This document shows, in pieces, positions 47,408 through 57,061 of a stretch of 64,000 nucleotides of DNA. Below the pieces are notes generated by a model. That model was not told the DNA's origin. It made no database searches and saw only the letters and a list, made by a program, of their open reading frames with translations. The translations under genes and the position numbers were made by a program. The first letter of the stretch is position 1. Each line of letters begins with the position of its first letter. Source of the DNA: Phycisphaerales bacterium. GTDB lineage: Bacteria > Planctomycetota > Phycisphaerae > Phycisphaerales > UBA1924. The stretch is taken from positions 71,709 to 135,708 of the forward strand of contig JBFWWU010000008.1 of NCBI GenBank assembly GCA_050246015.1, written 5' to 3'.

Positions 47408-49018
47408 ATGCAAGTCGAATCGAAGTCCCAGCGCGCCCAGCACGCGACGACGCAGCACCGCGCCGAGTCCGCCGACGCACCGCGCCCCGCGCTGCGCGAG
47501 TCCACCGGCCTCACCGCCGACGGCCGGCTCAAGTCCGGCCGCCTCGCCGGGCTCTCCATGCGCCGCGCCATCTGGGTCCTGGCCTGGCCCGTCTGCGTTG
47601 AATCCCTCCTCATGTCCCTCGTCGCCGCGACCGACACCTACGTCGCCGCCCAACTCAGCGCCGCCGCCACCAACGCCATCGGCGGCGCGTCCTACCTCCT
47701 CTGGTTCATCGGCCTCGTGCTGATGGCGATCGGTGTCGGCGCGACCGCGCTCATCAGCCGCGCCGTCGGCGCCAGCCGACTCGCCGCCGCCAATGTCGCC
47801 GTCGGGCAGACCCTCCTGCTCAGCGTCTCCTGCGGCGCCGTCGTCGGCGTCCTCATCGCCCTGCTCGCACAGCCCACCGCCAGCATCCTCCGCATCTCCG
47901 GCGAGGCCTTCGACGCCTTCGATCTCTACTGCTGGATCGTCGCCTCCAGCGTCCCCTTCATGGCCATCGTCTCCTGCATGAGCGCCTGCCTCCGCGGCGC
48001 GGGCGACTCCCTCAGCCCCCTCCGCGCCATGATCGCCGTCAACATCGCCAACATCTTCCTCAGTTGGGCCCTCGCCGGCGTGGACATCCAGACCGCCACC
48101 CTCGTCAACGGCCAGACCGTCACGCGCACCCTCATCCACAACCCCTTCCCCTTTCACATGGGCGTCTCAGGCATCGCCCTGGGTACCGTCATCGCCGAGA
48201 TCCTCGGCGCCGCCCTCATCCTCCGATCCATCTACAAAGGCACCCACGGCGTCCGCCTCCTCCGCAAACGCATCCGACCGCACTGGATCATGCTCACACG
48301 CCTCATCCGCGTCGGCATCCCCAACTTCCTCGAAACCTTCGGCATGTGGATCGGCAACTTCGCCGTCATCTGGATGGTCGCGCGCCTCGCCTCGCCAGAC
48401 GCCATGGGCGCTCACATCATCGCCATCCGAATCGAATCCTTCTCTTTCGCTCCCGGCTTCTTCCTCGGGACCGCCGCCGGTACGCTCGCCGGGCAATACC
48501 TCGGCGCCCGCAGCCCCGCTCACGCCCGACGCGCCATCCTCATCTGCACCTCCCTGGCCACCGCCAGCATGGGGCTCACCGGCGTCCTCTTCCTCCTCTT
48601 CCCCGTCGCCATCACCGGCGTCCTCACCTCTCAGCCCAGCCACCTCGACATGGTCCCTTCCACGCTCATGGTCGCCGGCGCCGTGCAGATCCCCTTCGCC
48701 ATCGGCCTGGCCCTGCGCGGCGCCCTCCGCGGCGCCGGCGACGTCAAGTGGACCATGTACATCACCTGGATCTCCACCTACTTCATCCGCATCCCCCTCG
48801 TCTACGTCGCCTCCGGCGTCGATATCGACATGCCCGCCTCCCTCACCCGCGCCCTGGGCCTCACCTCCACGGGAGAGGTCCTCACCTTTGTCAACCCCTT
48901 CAAGTTCGGCGGAACCCTCGCCTGGGTCTGGGTCGCGCTGAGCATCGAGGTCGCCGTCCGCGGCGTCCTCTTCGCCTATCGCTTTATCAAGGGTGACTGG
49001 GCCAGGGCACGCGTGTAA
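47408..49018 (+). CDS. MATE family efflux transporter
   Basis: 12 predicted TMs. WVLAWPVCVESLLMSLVAATDTYVAAQLS and a duplicated half. The start could be the internal MRRAIW. Confidence 0.75.
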   Translation: MQVESKSQRAQHATTQHRAESADAPRPALRESTGLTADGRLKSGRLAGLSMRRAIWVLAWPVCVESLLMSLVAATDTYVAAQLSAAATNAIGGASYLLWFIGLVLMAIGVGATALISRAVGASRLAAANVAVGQTLLLSVSCGAVVGVLIALLAQPTASILRISGEAFDAFDLYCWIVASSVPFMAIVSCMSACLRGAGDSLSPLRAMIAVNIANIFLSWALAGVDIQTATLVNGQTVTRTLIHNPFPFHMGVSGIALGTVIAEILGAALILRSIYKGTHGVRLLRKRIRPHWIMLTRLIRVGIPNFLETFGMWIGNFAVIWMVARLASPDAMGAHIIAIRIESFSFAPGFFLGTAAGTLAGQYLGARSPAHARRAILICTSLATASMGLTGVLFLLFPVAITGVLTSQPSHLDMVPSTLMVAGAVQIPFAIGLALRGALRGAGDVKWTMYITWISTYFIRIPLVYVASGVDIDMPASLTRALGLTSTGEVLTFVNPFKFGGTLAWVWVALSIEVAVRGVLFAYRFIKGDWARARV

Positions 49019-49139
49019 CCCTCCCTCCCATCCACCACCCTCCGAAGCCCATCGCCCCCACTCCACAACGCAACAACGCCCGAGCCTGGCCCGGGCGTTG
49101 TTCATAGTTCCGTCTTGTCGGCATGTCCCCGGCAGCCCA

Positions 49140-49925
49140 TCAACTCGACTTCGCGACCTGCTTGGCCGACTTCTTCGTCTTGGCCGCCGGCTTGGCCGGG
49201 AGGATTTCTTCCTCCGTGAAAATGATGCAACTGCAACTCACGCACCGCGTCAGTTTGCCCGCCAGCATCGCGCTCACCGTTTCCACCGGCAGCGTCATCA
49301 TGCACCCCGTGCACGAGTATTCCAGGTTCCGCCGATCCAGCACTTCCACCGGCGCCATCGCGTCATCGCCCCGGAGTTTGATCAGCGATTCGAGTATCGC
49401 CAGCGCATCCTTCGGGATGCCCTGCGACACTTCCGCACGCTGCGACTTGAGTTCTTCCAGCCGATCCTTGATCTCGGCCTCACGCGTGGACCGATCCGCC
49501 TCCGCCCCGGCCAGGATCTTGGTCCGCTCGTCCCGCTGCCCCCGGATCTCGACCGCCTGCGCTTCCAGTTGCTCCAGTTTCGCCATCGACTCGACCGCGG
49601 CGTCCTCGTGCTTGGTCTTGAGTTCCTTGTAGTTGTTCAGTTCCGCAAGCCCCGCGGTGTATTCCTTCGCCGTCTTCACCGAGTTGATCTGCTCTCGCAG
49701 GTTGTCGATCTTCGCCCCGTACCGCGCCGCCTCTCCTTCGTCATTCGCGATCGACGCTTTCAGATGCTTGACTTGGATCGCGATGCTCGCCGCTCGCTCC
49801 TCGAGTTCTTTTGATGTTGCCGTCTGCTGTTCAACAAACCGCTCGGCGGCGTCCAGCCTGCTGCGGAGTCCTCTGAGTTGTTTGTCTACTTGGAACAGTT
49901 TGAGGAGTTGCTGTGTGACGCTCAT
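49140..49925 (-). CDS. COG1579-type coiled-coil protein with C-terminal C4 zinc ribbon
   Basis: Long coiled coil (LEQLEAQAVEIRGQRDER...). C-terminal CTGC...CVSC zinc-ribbon. The start was set at MSVTQQLLKLFQ. Confidence 0.6.
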   Translation of the reverse strand: MSVTQQLLKLFQVDKQLRGLRSRLDAAERFVEQQTATSKELEERAASIAIQVKHLKASIANDEGEAARYGAKIDNLREQINSVKTAKEYTAGLAELNNYKELKTKHEDAAVESMAKLEQLEAQAVEIRGQRDERTKILAGAEADRSTREAEIKDRLEELKSQRAEVSQGIPKDALAILESLIKLRGDDAMAPVEVLDRRNLEYSCTGCMMTLPVETVSAMLAGKLTRCVSCSCIIFTEEEILPAKPAAKTKKSAKQVAKSS

Positions 49926-50031
49926 CCTGCACTCCGCGAATTCCCTGCAATATTCTACGTGCCCCGTCCCCTGCGGACAATCCCGTCCTCGTTCGCCTCG
50001 TTTGCTCCGTGTTCGCATCGCACGCGGCGCG

Positions 50032-50994
50032 TTACGGGACGTGCAGCAGCCAATACGCCAGCGGCGCGACCGGCAGAATCGAGTCAATCACGTCCAGCAC
50101 CCCGCCGAATCCGGGCACGATCGCCCCCGAGTCCTTGATCCCCGCGTCGCGCTTGAACATGCTCGCCATCAGATCCCCGGCCTGCCCGGCCAGCGCGAAC
50201 AGCCCGCCGTACACCCCCCCCAGCCACACCGTCACCCCCGCCGGAAGATGCCCCACCTGGTACCGCTCCGACAGCCACACCGCCAGCATCCCCAGCGCGG
50301 CGGCCGTCACCACGCCGCCCGCTAGCCCCTCCCACGTCTTTCCCTTGCTCAGCCACGGGATGAGTTTGTGCCTCCCGACAAACGTCCCGGTGAAGAACGC
50401 GCCGATGTCGCACGACTTGGTGATGAGCAGCACCGCCAGCACCGTCCACGCCGAGTGCTCCCGACGCAGCGCCAGCACGAACCCGAACATCAAGCCCAGG
50501 TACACGAACGTCAGCAGCGCCGCGCCCCCCGCGGCCGCCGCTCCGCGAAGTTCGGCGCCGTACACCCGCGCCGGCTCCGCCGCCGTGTCCGTCCCCGACT
50601 CTCCCCTCTCAAGCGGCTTCTTCCTCGCGCCGGGCCGCCGCTTGTACGCATGCCACAGCAGCGCTCCACACAGCACCAGCGTCGCGACGCTCGCCGTCAG
50701 CGCCACCGCCGTCAACGGATTGACATTCGCACCCACGAGCCACGGCACCAGCAGCCCCGCGATGCTTGACGCCAGCAGCACACCCCGAAACGTCGGTATC
50801 CCGCACGCCCGGAAGATCAGTTTGAGTTCCAGCGTCGCCACCGCGCACACGCACACGCTCACCATCATGAGCACCAATCCACGCGGCACATACGCGCTCC
50901 CCCCCAGCCACTTTCCCGCCACGGCCTCATCCAGCCAGAACGCTCCGATCACCAGCGCGATCAGCACCGGCCCCAGCAGCAAGCGATGTTTCAT
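50032..50994 (-). CDS. cdsA: phosphatidate cytidylyltransferase
   Basis: C-terminal CdsA signature: SMFKRDAGIKDSGAIVPGFGGVLDVIDS. Multiple TMs. Start MKHRLLLGPVLIAL. Confidence 0.75.
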   Translation of the reverse strand: MKHRLLLGPVLIALVIGAFWLDEAVAGKWLGGSAYVPRGLVLMMVSVCVCAVATLELKLIFRACGIPTFRGVLLASSIAGLLVPWLVGANVNPLTAVALTASVATLVLCGALLWHAYKRRPGARKKPLERGESGTDTAAEPARVYGAELRGAAAAGGAALLTFVYLGLMFGFVLALRREHSAWTVLAVLLITKSCDIGAFFTGTFVGRHKLIPWLSKGKTWEGLAGGVVTAAALGMLAVWLSERYQVGHLPAGVTVWLGGVYGGLFALAGQAGDLMASMFKRDAGIKDSGAIVPGFGGVLDVIDSILPVAPLAYWLLHVP

Positions 50995-51398
50995 ATCGGG
51001 CGGACTGTAGCAACACGGGCACGCGGTTCCTGCCGGATCCAGCATCCTCGCCCGCGCCCCCGCAAGGCCCGCCGGCCATTCCCCCGATTTCCCTGCGGAA
51101 GCAGCCCGATCACGCCGATCCCATCTCGTCTCTCTCGCGGCGGCTCGCTCCATGAAGTTATCCGACCCACAACCTAGCGCCCTCTCATCGCTCGACGCCG
51201 CCCGCGCCAAGCGCATGTTCGACCGCTACCTCTGTTCTTGGGCCCAGGACGTCCTCTTCTTGCGCAAACGCGGGCTCGATCGGCCTCTTCTGCGCGGCCC
51301 ACGCGGGCACCGACTTTGCGAGTCGCCACCCGAGGCGTTGCGCGCGCCGCGACGGGCCGCTTGAACCCCCTCTCGCACACCGCCTCCAGGAGCACCGC

Positions 51399-54242
51399 AT
51401 GAGTGGAATCTCATCCAATACCGGACTCATCAGCGGCATCGACACCAACTCCCTCATCAACCAACTCCTCTCCCTCGAAGCACGTCCCCGCGTCACCTAC
51501 CAGCGCCGCGTCGCGCAACTCCAGCAGCAGCAGGCCGCCTACCTCGACCTCAACTCACGCCTCGGCACCATCCGCTCCGCCGCCACCGCCTTCAATACCC
51601 AGCGCCTCTTCGCAGCCGCCCGCGCCGCATCCTCCGATGAAGACGTCCTCACCGCCACCGCGCGCACCGGCGCCGCCCCCGGCTCCTACTCCTTCATCGT
51701 CGATCGACTCGTCACCACCCAGCAGGACCTCTCCCGCGGCTTCGTCGACCGCGCCACCACCCCCCTGGGCCTCACCTCCCTCACCCTCGAAGGCGACGAG
51801 GGCCGCCTCGATCGCGATCAGCAACTCGCCTCACTCAACGGCGGGACCGGCATCACCCGCGGCGGCATCCAGATCAAGGACGCCTCCGGCGCCACCGCCG
51901 TCATCGACCTCTCCCGCGTCTCCACCGTCAACGAGGTGATCGACGCCATCAACTCCGCCGAGGGAATCGACGTCACCGCCAGCGTGGAGGGCGACCACTT
52001 CGTCATCCGAAACAACGCCGCCGGCGCCCAGGGCCTCACCGTCCGCAACCACAACGGGTCCTCCACCGCCTCCAGCCTCGGCATCGAGCACGCCACCGAC
52101 GACGGCCAGACCACCGTTACCGGCTCCGCCGTCCACCGCGTCGCCGCCGGTTCCCTCATCCAATCCCTCAACGACGGCAACGGCATCCGCATCACCAACT
52201 CCGTCGGCTCGGGCGCCAAGGACTTCACCATCACCGTCTCCAACGGCGTCGATCCACCTCGGACCATCGACGTCTACCTCGGCGAAGTCCTCGGCGCTGG
52301 CGGCGCCGTCACCACCCCTCGCGCCACCACCGTCCAGAACGTCGTCGATCGAATCAACGCCGCCGGACTCGACGCCGGCACCCAGTACCTCTCCGCCTCC
52401 ATCTCCGCCGACGGCTCCGGCCTCACCCTCTCCGCCGCCGCCGGTTTCAACATCACCACCGTCGCCGACACCAGCGGCGCCGCCGCCGATCTCGGGATCG
52501 CCTCCGCCTCCAACGCCCAGACCCTCACCGGCCGCCGCGTCATCGCCGCCATCAACTCCACGCTCACCGGCAACCTCCTCGGCGGGGCCGGCCTCTCCGA
52601 CGGATACATCGAGTTCAAACTCCGCGACGGCTCCACCCTCGACACCACCCTCGCCACCTCCGGCTCCGTCTCCGACATCCTCTCCCAACTCAACGCCATC
52701 AGCCCCTCCAAACTCCGCGCCTCCCTCGACGAAACCGGCACCGGATTCGTCCTCACCGATCTCACCACCGGCTCCGACACCTTCGGCATCACGGGCGGGG
52801 CCGCCGACTCCCTCGGCCTCGGCGGCGCGCCCGACGCCTCCGGCGCCGTCATCCGCTCCGACCGCCTCCAGCACCGCTACATCTCCCTGGGCACCGCCCT
52901 CTCATCCCTCAACGGCGGCAGCGGTGTCGGTACAGGCCGATTCACCATCACCGATTCCTCCGGCCTCCGCGCCACCGTCGATATCGCCAACGATTCACGC
53001 TCCGTCGGTGACGTCATCCAGGAAATCAACTCCCGAAACATCAACATCCGCGCCCGCATCAACGACAACGGCGACGGCATCCTCATCGAAGAACGCGACC
53101 CCCTCACCGGCGGGTCCGTCAAAATCAAAGTCCAGGACGATTCCGGCTCCGTCGCCTCCAATCTCCGCATCGCCGGCGAGGCCGCCGACAACGACACCCA
53201 CAACTTCATCGACGGCTCCTTCGAACGCGTCGTCCAACTCGCCCCCGCCGATACCCTCGAATCCGTCGTCAGCAAGATCAACCAGGCACGCGCCGGCGTC
53301 TCCGCCACCATCATCAACGACGGCTCCTCCACCGCCCCCTTCCACCTCAGTCTCACCAGTACTCAAAGCGGCCGCGCCGGCCGCTTCACCGTCGCCAGCG
53401 CCGGCGCCGACCTGGGCCTCTCTCGCCTCTCCACCGGCACCGACGCCCGCGTCTTCTTCGGCTCCGGCGACCCCGCCTCCGCCGTCCTCCTTCAGAGTTC
53501 CACCAACCAGGTCGACAACGTCATCTCCGGCGTCACCATCGACCTCCACACCGTCTCGGCCTCTCCCGTCACCGTCAACGTCTCCACCGATACCGCCGCC
53601 ATCGAAGACGGCATCAACGCCTTCATCACCGCCTACAACGCCCTCATCGACCGCGTCAAGACCCTCACCGCCTACGACGCCGAGACCCAGCGCGCCGGCA
53701 CCCTCCTGGGCGATTCCACCGTCGAACAGATCCGCCAGGACGTCTTCCGCACCGTCACCGGGCCCCCCGACGCCGTCAGCGGGCCCTACCAGAACCTCTC
53801 CCAGATCGGCATCGGTTTCAGCCGCACCGGCCAACTCGAACTCGACGCCGAACGCTTCCGCGCCGCCCTCGCCGAGAACCCCGACGCCGTCCGAGACCTC
53901 ATCGCCGCTCGCGAGCAGCGCACCCCCGAGCCCGAAGAAATCCGGCCCGGCGTCTTCGTCAACAACTCCTCCCCGAGCGAGTTCACTTCCCTCGGCATCT
54001 TCGAGAAGATGGGGAAAATCGTCGAGAAGTACACCGACCGCATCGACGGCGTCCTCAGTCGGCGCAAGACCACCCTCGACCAGCAGATCAGGGCGCAGAA
54101 CACGCGCATCTCCGACCTTGATGAACGCCTCGAACGCCGCCGCGCCGCCCTCCAGCGACAGTTCCAGTCCCTCGAATCCACCCTCGCGCAACTTCAGTCC
54201 CAGCAATCCGCACTCGGAAGCCTCACCTCCCGCCTCGGATAG
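51399..54242 (+). CDS. fliD: flagellar filament cap protein FliD (hook-associated protein 2), unusually long
   Basis: N-terminus MSGISSNTGLISGIDTNSLINQLLSLEARPRV...QQQQAAYLDLNSRLGTIRSA and C-terminus LDQQIRAQNTRISDLDERLERRRAALQRQFQSLESTLAQLQSQQSALGS are canonical FliD N/C heptad regions. The central ~700 aa carries multiple flagellin-IN-like repeats. Confidence 0.75.
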   Translation: MSGISSNTGLISGIDTNSLINQLLSLEARPRVTYQRRVAQLQQQQAAYLDLNSRLGTIRSAATAFNTQRLFAAARAASSDEDVLTATARTGAAPGSYSFIVDRLVTTQQDLSRGFVDRATTPLGLTSLTLEGDEGRLDRDQQLASLNGGTGITRGGIQIKDASGATAVIDLSRVSTVNEVIDAINSAEGIDVTASVEGDHFVIRNNAAGAQGLTVRNHNGSSTASSLGIEHATDDGQTTVTGSAVHRVAAGSLIQSLNDGNGIRITNSVGSGAKDFTITVSNGVDPPRTIDVYLGEVLGAGGAVTTPRATTVQNVVDRINAAGLDAGTQYLSASISADGSGLTLSAAAGFNITTVADTSGAAADLGIASASNAQTLTGRRVIAAINSTLTGNLLGGAGLSDGYIEFKLRDGSTLDTTLATSGSVSDILSQLNAISPSKLRASLDETGTGFVLTDLTTGSDTFGITGGAADSLGLGGAPDASGAVIRSDRLQHRYISLGTALSSLNGGSGVGTGRFTITDSSGLRATVDIANDSRSVGDVIQEINSRNINIRARINDNGDGILIEERDPLTGGSVKIKVQDDSGSVASNLRIAGEAADNDTHNFIDGSFERVVQLAPADTLESVVSKINQARAGVSATIINDGSSTAPFHLSLTSTQSGRAGRFTVASAGADLGLSRLSTGTDARVFFGSGDPASAVLLQSSTNQVDNVISGVTIDLHTVSASPVTVNVSTDTAAIEDGINAFITAYNALIDRVKTLTAYDAETQRAGTLLGDSTVEQIRQDVFRTVTGPPDAVSGPYQNLSQIGIGFSRTGQLELDAERFRAALAENPDAVRDLIAAREQRTPEPEEIRPGVFVNNSSPSEFTSLGIFEKMGKIVEKYTDRIDGVLSRRKTTLDQQIRAQNTRISDLDERLERRRAALQRQFQSLESTLAQLQSQQSALGSLTSRLG

Positions 54243-54320
54243 CGCCGCCCGTCATCTCCCTCACTTCCCCCGCCGCGCCCACTAAGCAACTCCCCCTCAG
54301 GCTCCGATACATCCTCTCCG

Positions 54321-54779
54321 ATGGCTCAACTCAGCCCCAGCGCCCAGGCCTACCTCGCCAACAAGGTTCTCTCGGCTTCGCCCGAAGAACTCCGCTTGTT
54401 GCTCCTCGAAGGCGCCATCCGTTTCACCCGCTACGGCCGCGAGGGGCTCGCCAGAAAAGACTACGAAGCCTCCTACACCGGCTTCTCCCAGGCCCGAAAC
54501 ATCGTCATGGAACTCATCAACTCCATCAAGCCCGAAGTCTCCCCAGAACTCTGCTCCAAGATCAGCGGCGTCTACACCTTCATCTACACGCTCCTCATCG
54601 AAGCCGGCCACGAACGCAACATCGACAAGGCCGACAACGCCGTCCAACTCCTCGATTACGAGCGCGAAACCTGGGTGATGCTGATGGAAAAACTCGCCGC
54701 CGAACGGACGGGCGCCCCCTCCGCCTCAGGCTCCCAGAGCGCCCCCAACAAGCCCGCCTCGTTCACATTCAGCGCCTGA
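54321..54779 (+). CDS. fliS: flagellar export chaperone FliS
   Basis: LLLEGAIRFTRYGREGLARKDYEASYTGFSQARNIVMEL; ~150 aa; immediately downstream of fliD. Confidence 0.7.
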   Translation: MAQLSPSAQAYLANKVLSASPEELRLLLLEGAIRFTRYGREGLARKDYEASYTGFSQARNIVMELINSIKPEVSPELCSKISGVYTFIYTLLIEAGHERNIDKADNAVQLLDYERETWVMLMEKLAAERTGAPSASGSQSAPNKPASFTFSA

Positions 54780-54853
54780 CGTTCGCCCGATGCCTGGATG
54801 CCTGGATGCCTCGTGCCTCGATCCCTTCTTCTCCACCTCGCTCCCCACAGCGC

Positions 54854-56002
54854 TCATGAACGCCGCTCGGCGCACAACCTCACCGCCAGGTTTTCAAACA
54901 CGAACTGCATGTTGACGTTCGTCCCGAGTTCCTCCTCGGCCTGCGCGATCGCGTCGATCGACGACACGCACCTTCCCACGCCAGGCCCACCCGTCCCGCT
55001 CGCCGACGCCGACAGCCTCCCCCGGTAGTGCTCCCCCAGATACCCAAGCAGCCGCCGCGCCCAGGCCTTGTTCGCCGCGTCCTTGCTCGCCTCCGGGTAC
55101 CGCTTCACCCACGCCGCCGCCTGCCCATCCACCAGGTGGTGCATCGTCGGCCCGAACTGCACCGCGTACCGCCCCTCCTCGGCGCCGCTCAGCAGCGGCC
55201 GCAGCGACTCGTCCCACTTCAGCAGTTCATGCTCCAGCGCCAGCCGCACCATCCCCGGCGCGCCGGCGCCAAACCTCACCAGCCACTGCTCCTCATCCGC
55301 CCCCACCGACATCCCCTCCCGCTTCATCCACCCCCGCATCCTCCCGTCGCTCAGCGGCGAAAACTGCACCCGCTGACACCGGCTCCGGATCGTCGGCAGC
55401 AGCCGATCCTCGATCGACGTCACCAGCACGATTACCGTCCCCGCCGGCGGCTCCTCCAGCGTCTTGAGCAGCACGTTCTGCGACGCCGCGTTCAGCAACT
55501 CCGCCTCGTCGATGATGAACACCTTCCCCGCGATCGACTCCCCGATCCGCACCCGCGTCCGCGACGCCGGCTCCGTCAGAAACTCCTCCACGACCTCCTT
55601 CGGGATCGAGATCTGCTTCTGATCCCTCACCCGGTCGTTCCGGCTCACCCGCGCCAGTTCCTTCGTCACCACGTGGAAATCTGGATGCGTCCCCGCCCGC
55701 ATCAACCGCTGCGTCGCCCCATCCGGGTCCGACGCCAGCCGCCCGGCCAGGTCCGCCGACAGATCCGTGTCCAGAAGCATCGCGGCAAACGCCACCGCCG
55801 TCGTGAACTTCCCGACGCCCTGCGGGCCCGAGAAAATCCACGCGTGATGCAGCCGGCCCCCGCTCAGCGCCGAGCGCAGCGTCCTCACCGCCGCCTCCTG
55901 CCCGATGATCTCATCCAGCGACAGGACCTCCCGCCCCGCGCCGGCCGCCCCTGCGCCGCCCGGCTCATCAACGTGTGATCGCTTCTTCGTTGCCATGCTC
56001 AT
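54854..56002 (-). CDS. holB: DNA polymerase III subunit delta'
   Basis: HAWIFSGPQGVGKFT (P-loop), VFIIDEAELLN, LLKTLEEPP, SRCQRVQF (sensor-1 SRC motif). ~385 aa without a tau C-terminal extension. Confidence 0.7.
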   Translation of the reverse strand: MSMATKKRSHVDEPGGAGAAGAGREVLSLDEIIGQEAAVRTLRSALSGGRLHHAWIFSGPQGVGKFTTAVAFAAMLLDTDLSADLAGRLASDPDGATQRLMRAGTHPDFHVVTKELARVSRNDRVRDQKQISIPKEVVEEFLTEPASRTRVRIGESIAGKVFIIDEAELLNAASQNVLLKTLEEPPAGTVIVLVTSIEDRLLPTIRSRCQRVQFSPLSDGRMRGWMKREGMSVGADEEQWLVRFGAGAPGMVRLALEHELLKWDESLRPLLSGAEEGRYAVQFGPTMHHLVDGQAAAWVKRYPEASKDAANKAWARRLLGYLGEHYRGRLSASASGTGGPGVGRCVSSIDAIAQAEEELGTNVNMQFVFENLAVRLCAERRS

Positions 56003-56143
56003 CCAGCGTACGCCTTCCATCCCCCCCGGTCGCCGCCCCTCTCACCCATCCCCCCACCGCCGCCCGGTGGCACACTCGCAACTCCCCTCCCTATGCTTCG
56101 CCCTGTTTCCGTTCACTAACTTTCTCGCACCCGGGCGCTCGTC

Positions 56144-56617
56144 GTGATTGAGATTCGCCGCATCTCCATGGCCGATCCTCTCTACCCGCAGGAGTGCGCC
56201 CTGCGCGAGGACGTCCTGCTCCGCCCCATCGGGTACGACATCGAACGCTTCAAACGCGAGTTCGGCGTCGAAGACAAGTTCGAGCACTTCGTCGCCGTCT
56301 TCGACCACCCCTCTGGCCCCCGCGTCGTCGGGTGCGCCACCCTCCTGCCCAACTACCCCGACCCCGGCGCCGGCAAACTCATGCAGATGGCCGTCAACCG
56401 GCAACGACAGGGCGAAGGCATCGGCCGCTCCCTCGTCGTCGCCGTCGAACGCCGCGCCTTCGGCGAGATCGGCCTCCGCGAACTCTTTTGCCACGCACGC
56501 GACACCGCCTTCGGCTTCTATGAACAACTCGGCTGGCAGTTCGATTCCGACACCTTCATGGAAGCCGGCGTCCCACACCGTCGCATGGTCATGCGCCTCC
56601 CCGACTCCGCTGAATAA
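56144..56617 (+). CDS. GNAT family N-acetyltransferase
   Basis: MQMAVNRQRQGEGIGRSLV is the acetyl-CoA binding motif (Q/RxxGxG/A). 157 aa. Confidence 0.7.
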   Translation: MIEIRRISMADPLYPQECALREDVLLRPIGYDIERFKREFGVEDKFEHFVAVFDHPSGPRVVGCATLLPNYPDPGAGKLMQMAVNRQRQGEGIGRSLVVAVERRAFGEIGLRELFCHARDTAFGFYEQLGWQFDSDTFMEAGVPHRRMVMRLPDSAE

Positions 56618-56645
56618 GCGCTCCCCCCACTCCCAGCCTAGTGGA

Positions 56646-56669
56646 ACGGGCGTCCCGCCCGTTTCTTCC
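56646..56669 (+). terminator. rho-independent terminator after GNAT gene
   Basis: ACGGGCG-UCC-CGCCCGU followed by UUCUUCC. Confidence 0.5.
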
Positions 56670-56670
56670 G

Positions 56671-57050
56671 GCGGGTGGCCCCGGATGGCGTGTAGATGTG
56701 CATGCGTGCCACCGATCGCGGCTTTTGAGCGATCGGTGTCTCTGGCAGTGCTGACCCTGCCTTCGTCGACGTGCCACGGCTTAACTGCGTTTGAGTCAAG
56801 CCGTGTCTTGGGCCTGTCACCCCTCCTCCCCGCGGCTTGCCCTGTACACTTCGTCCCCAGGCGGGTGGCCCCGGATGGCGTGTAGATGTGCATGCGTGCC
56901 ACCGATCGCGGCTTTTGAGCAATCGGTGTCTCTGGCAGTGCTGACCCTGCCTTCGTCGACGTGCCACGGCTTAACTGCGTTTGAGTCAAGCCGTGTCTTG
57001 GGCTTGTCACCCCTCCTCCCCGCGGCTTGCCCTGTACACTTCGTCCCCAG
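56671..57050 (+). repeat. 2 x 190-bp direct tandem duplication (copies 56671-56860 and 56861-57050; 2 mismatches) in the GNAT-coaB intergenic region
   Basis: Direct reading of the sequence. The units are identical except g/a at 56731/56921 and c/t at 56814/57004. Each unit carries a 10-bp inverted repeat (CACCGATCGC...GCGATCGGTG), an 8-bp stem (CACGGCTT...AAGCCGTG) and ends in CTGTACACT. Confidence 0.9.
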
Positions 57051-57061
57051 CCTTCCGAACC

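Noticed and set aside
46544-49105. 537-aa and 312-aa minus-strand ORFs rich in G/D/E/A
   Set aside because: Antisense to the GlcG-like and MATE genes. G/D/E-rich composition is the mirror of Ala/Leu/Val-rich TM coding sequence.
51100-51125. GCCGATCC resembling the sigma-28 -10 element (GCCGATAA) upstream of fliD
   Set aside because: No TAAA -35 at the expected 15-bp spacing, and it sits ~280 nt from the fliD start. Insufficient to call a FliA promoter.
52995-54285. 403-aa minus-strand and 453-aa plus-strand alternative-frame ORFs inside fliD
   Set aside because: Out of frame with or antisense to fliD. Repetitive S/P/T or G/D/E composition. The fliD frame has canonical N- and C-terminal motifs.
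56589-56967. 62-aa and 109-aa minus-strand ORFs (MARRRRQGQHCQRHR...) inside the tandem repeat
   Set aside because: Both begin with the same repeat-derived sequence and are Arg-rich with no start context. They are by-products of the duplicated non-coding unit.
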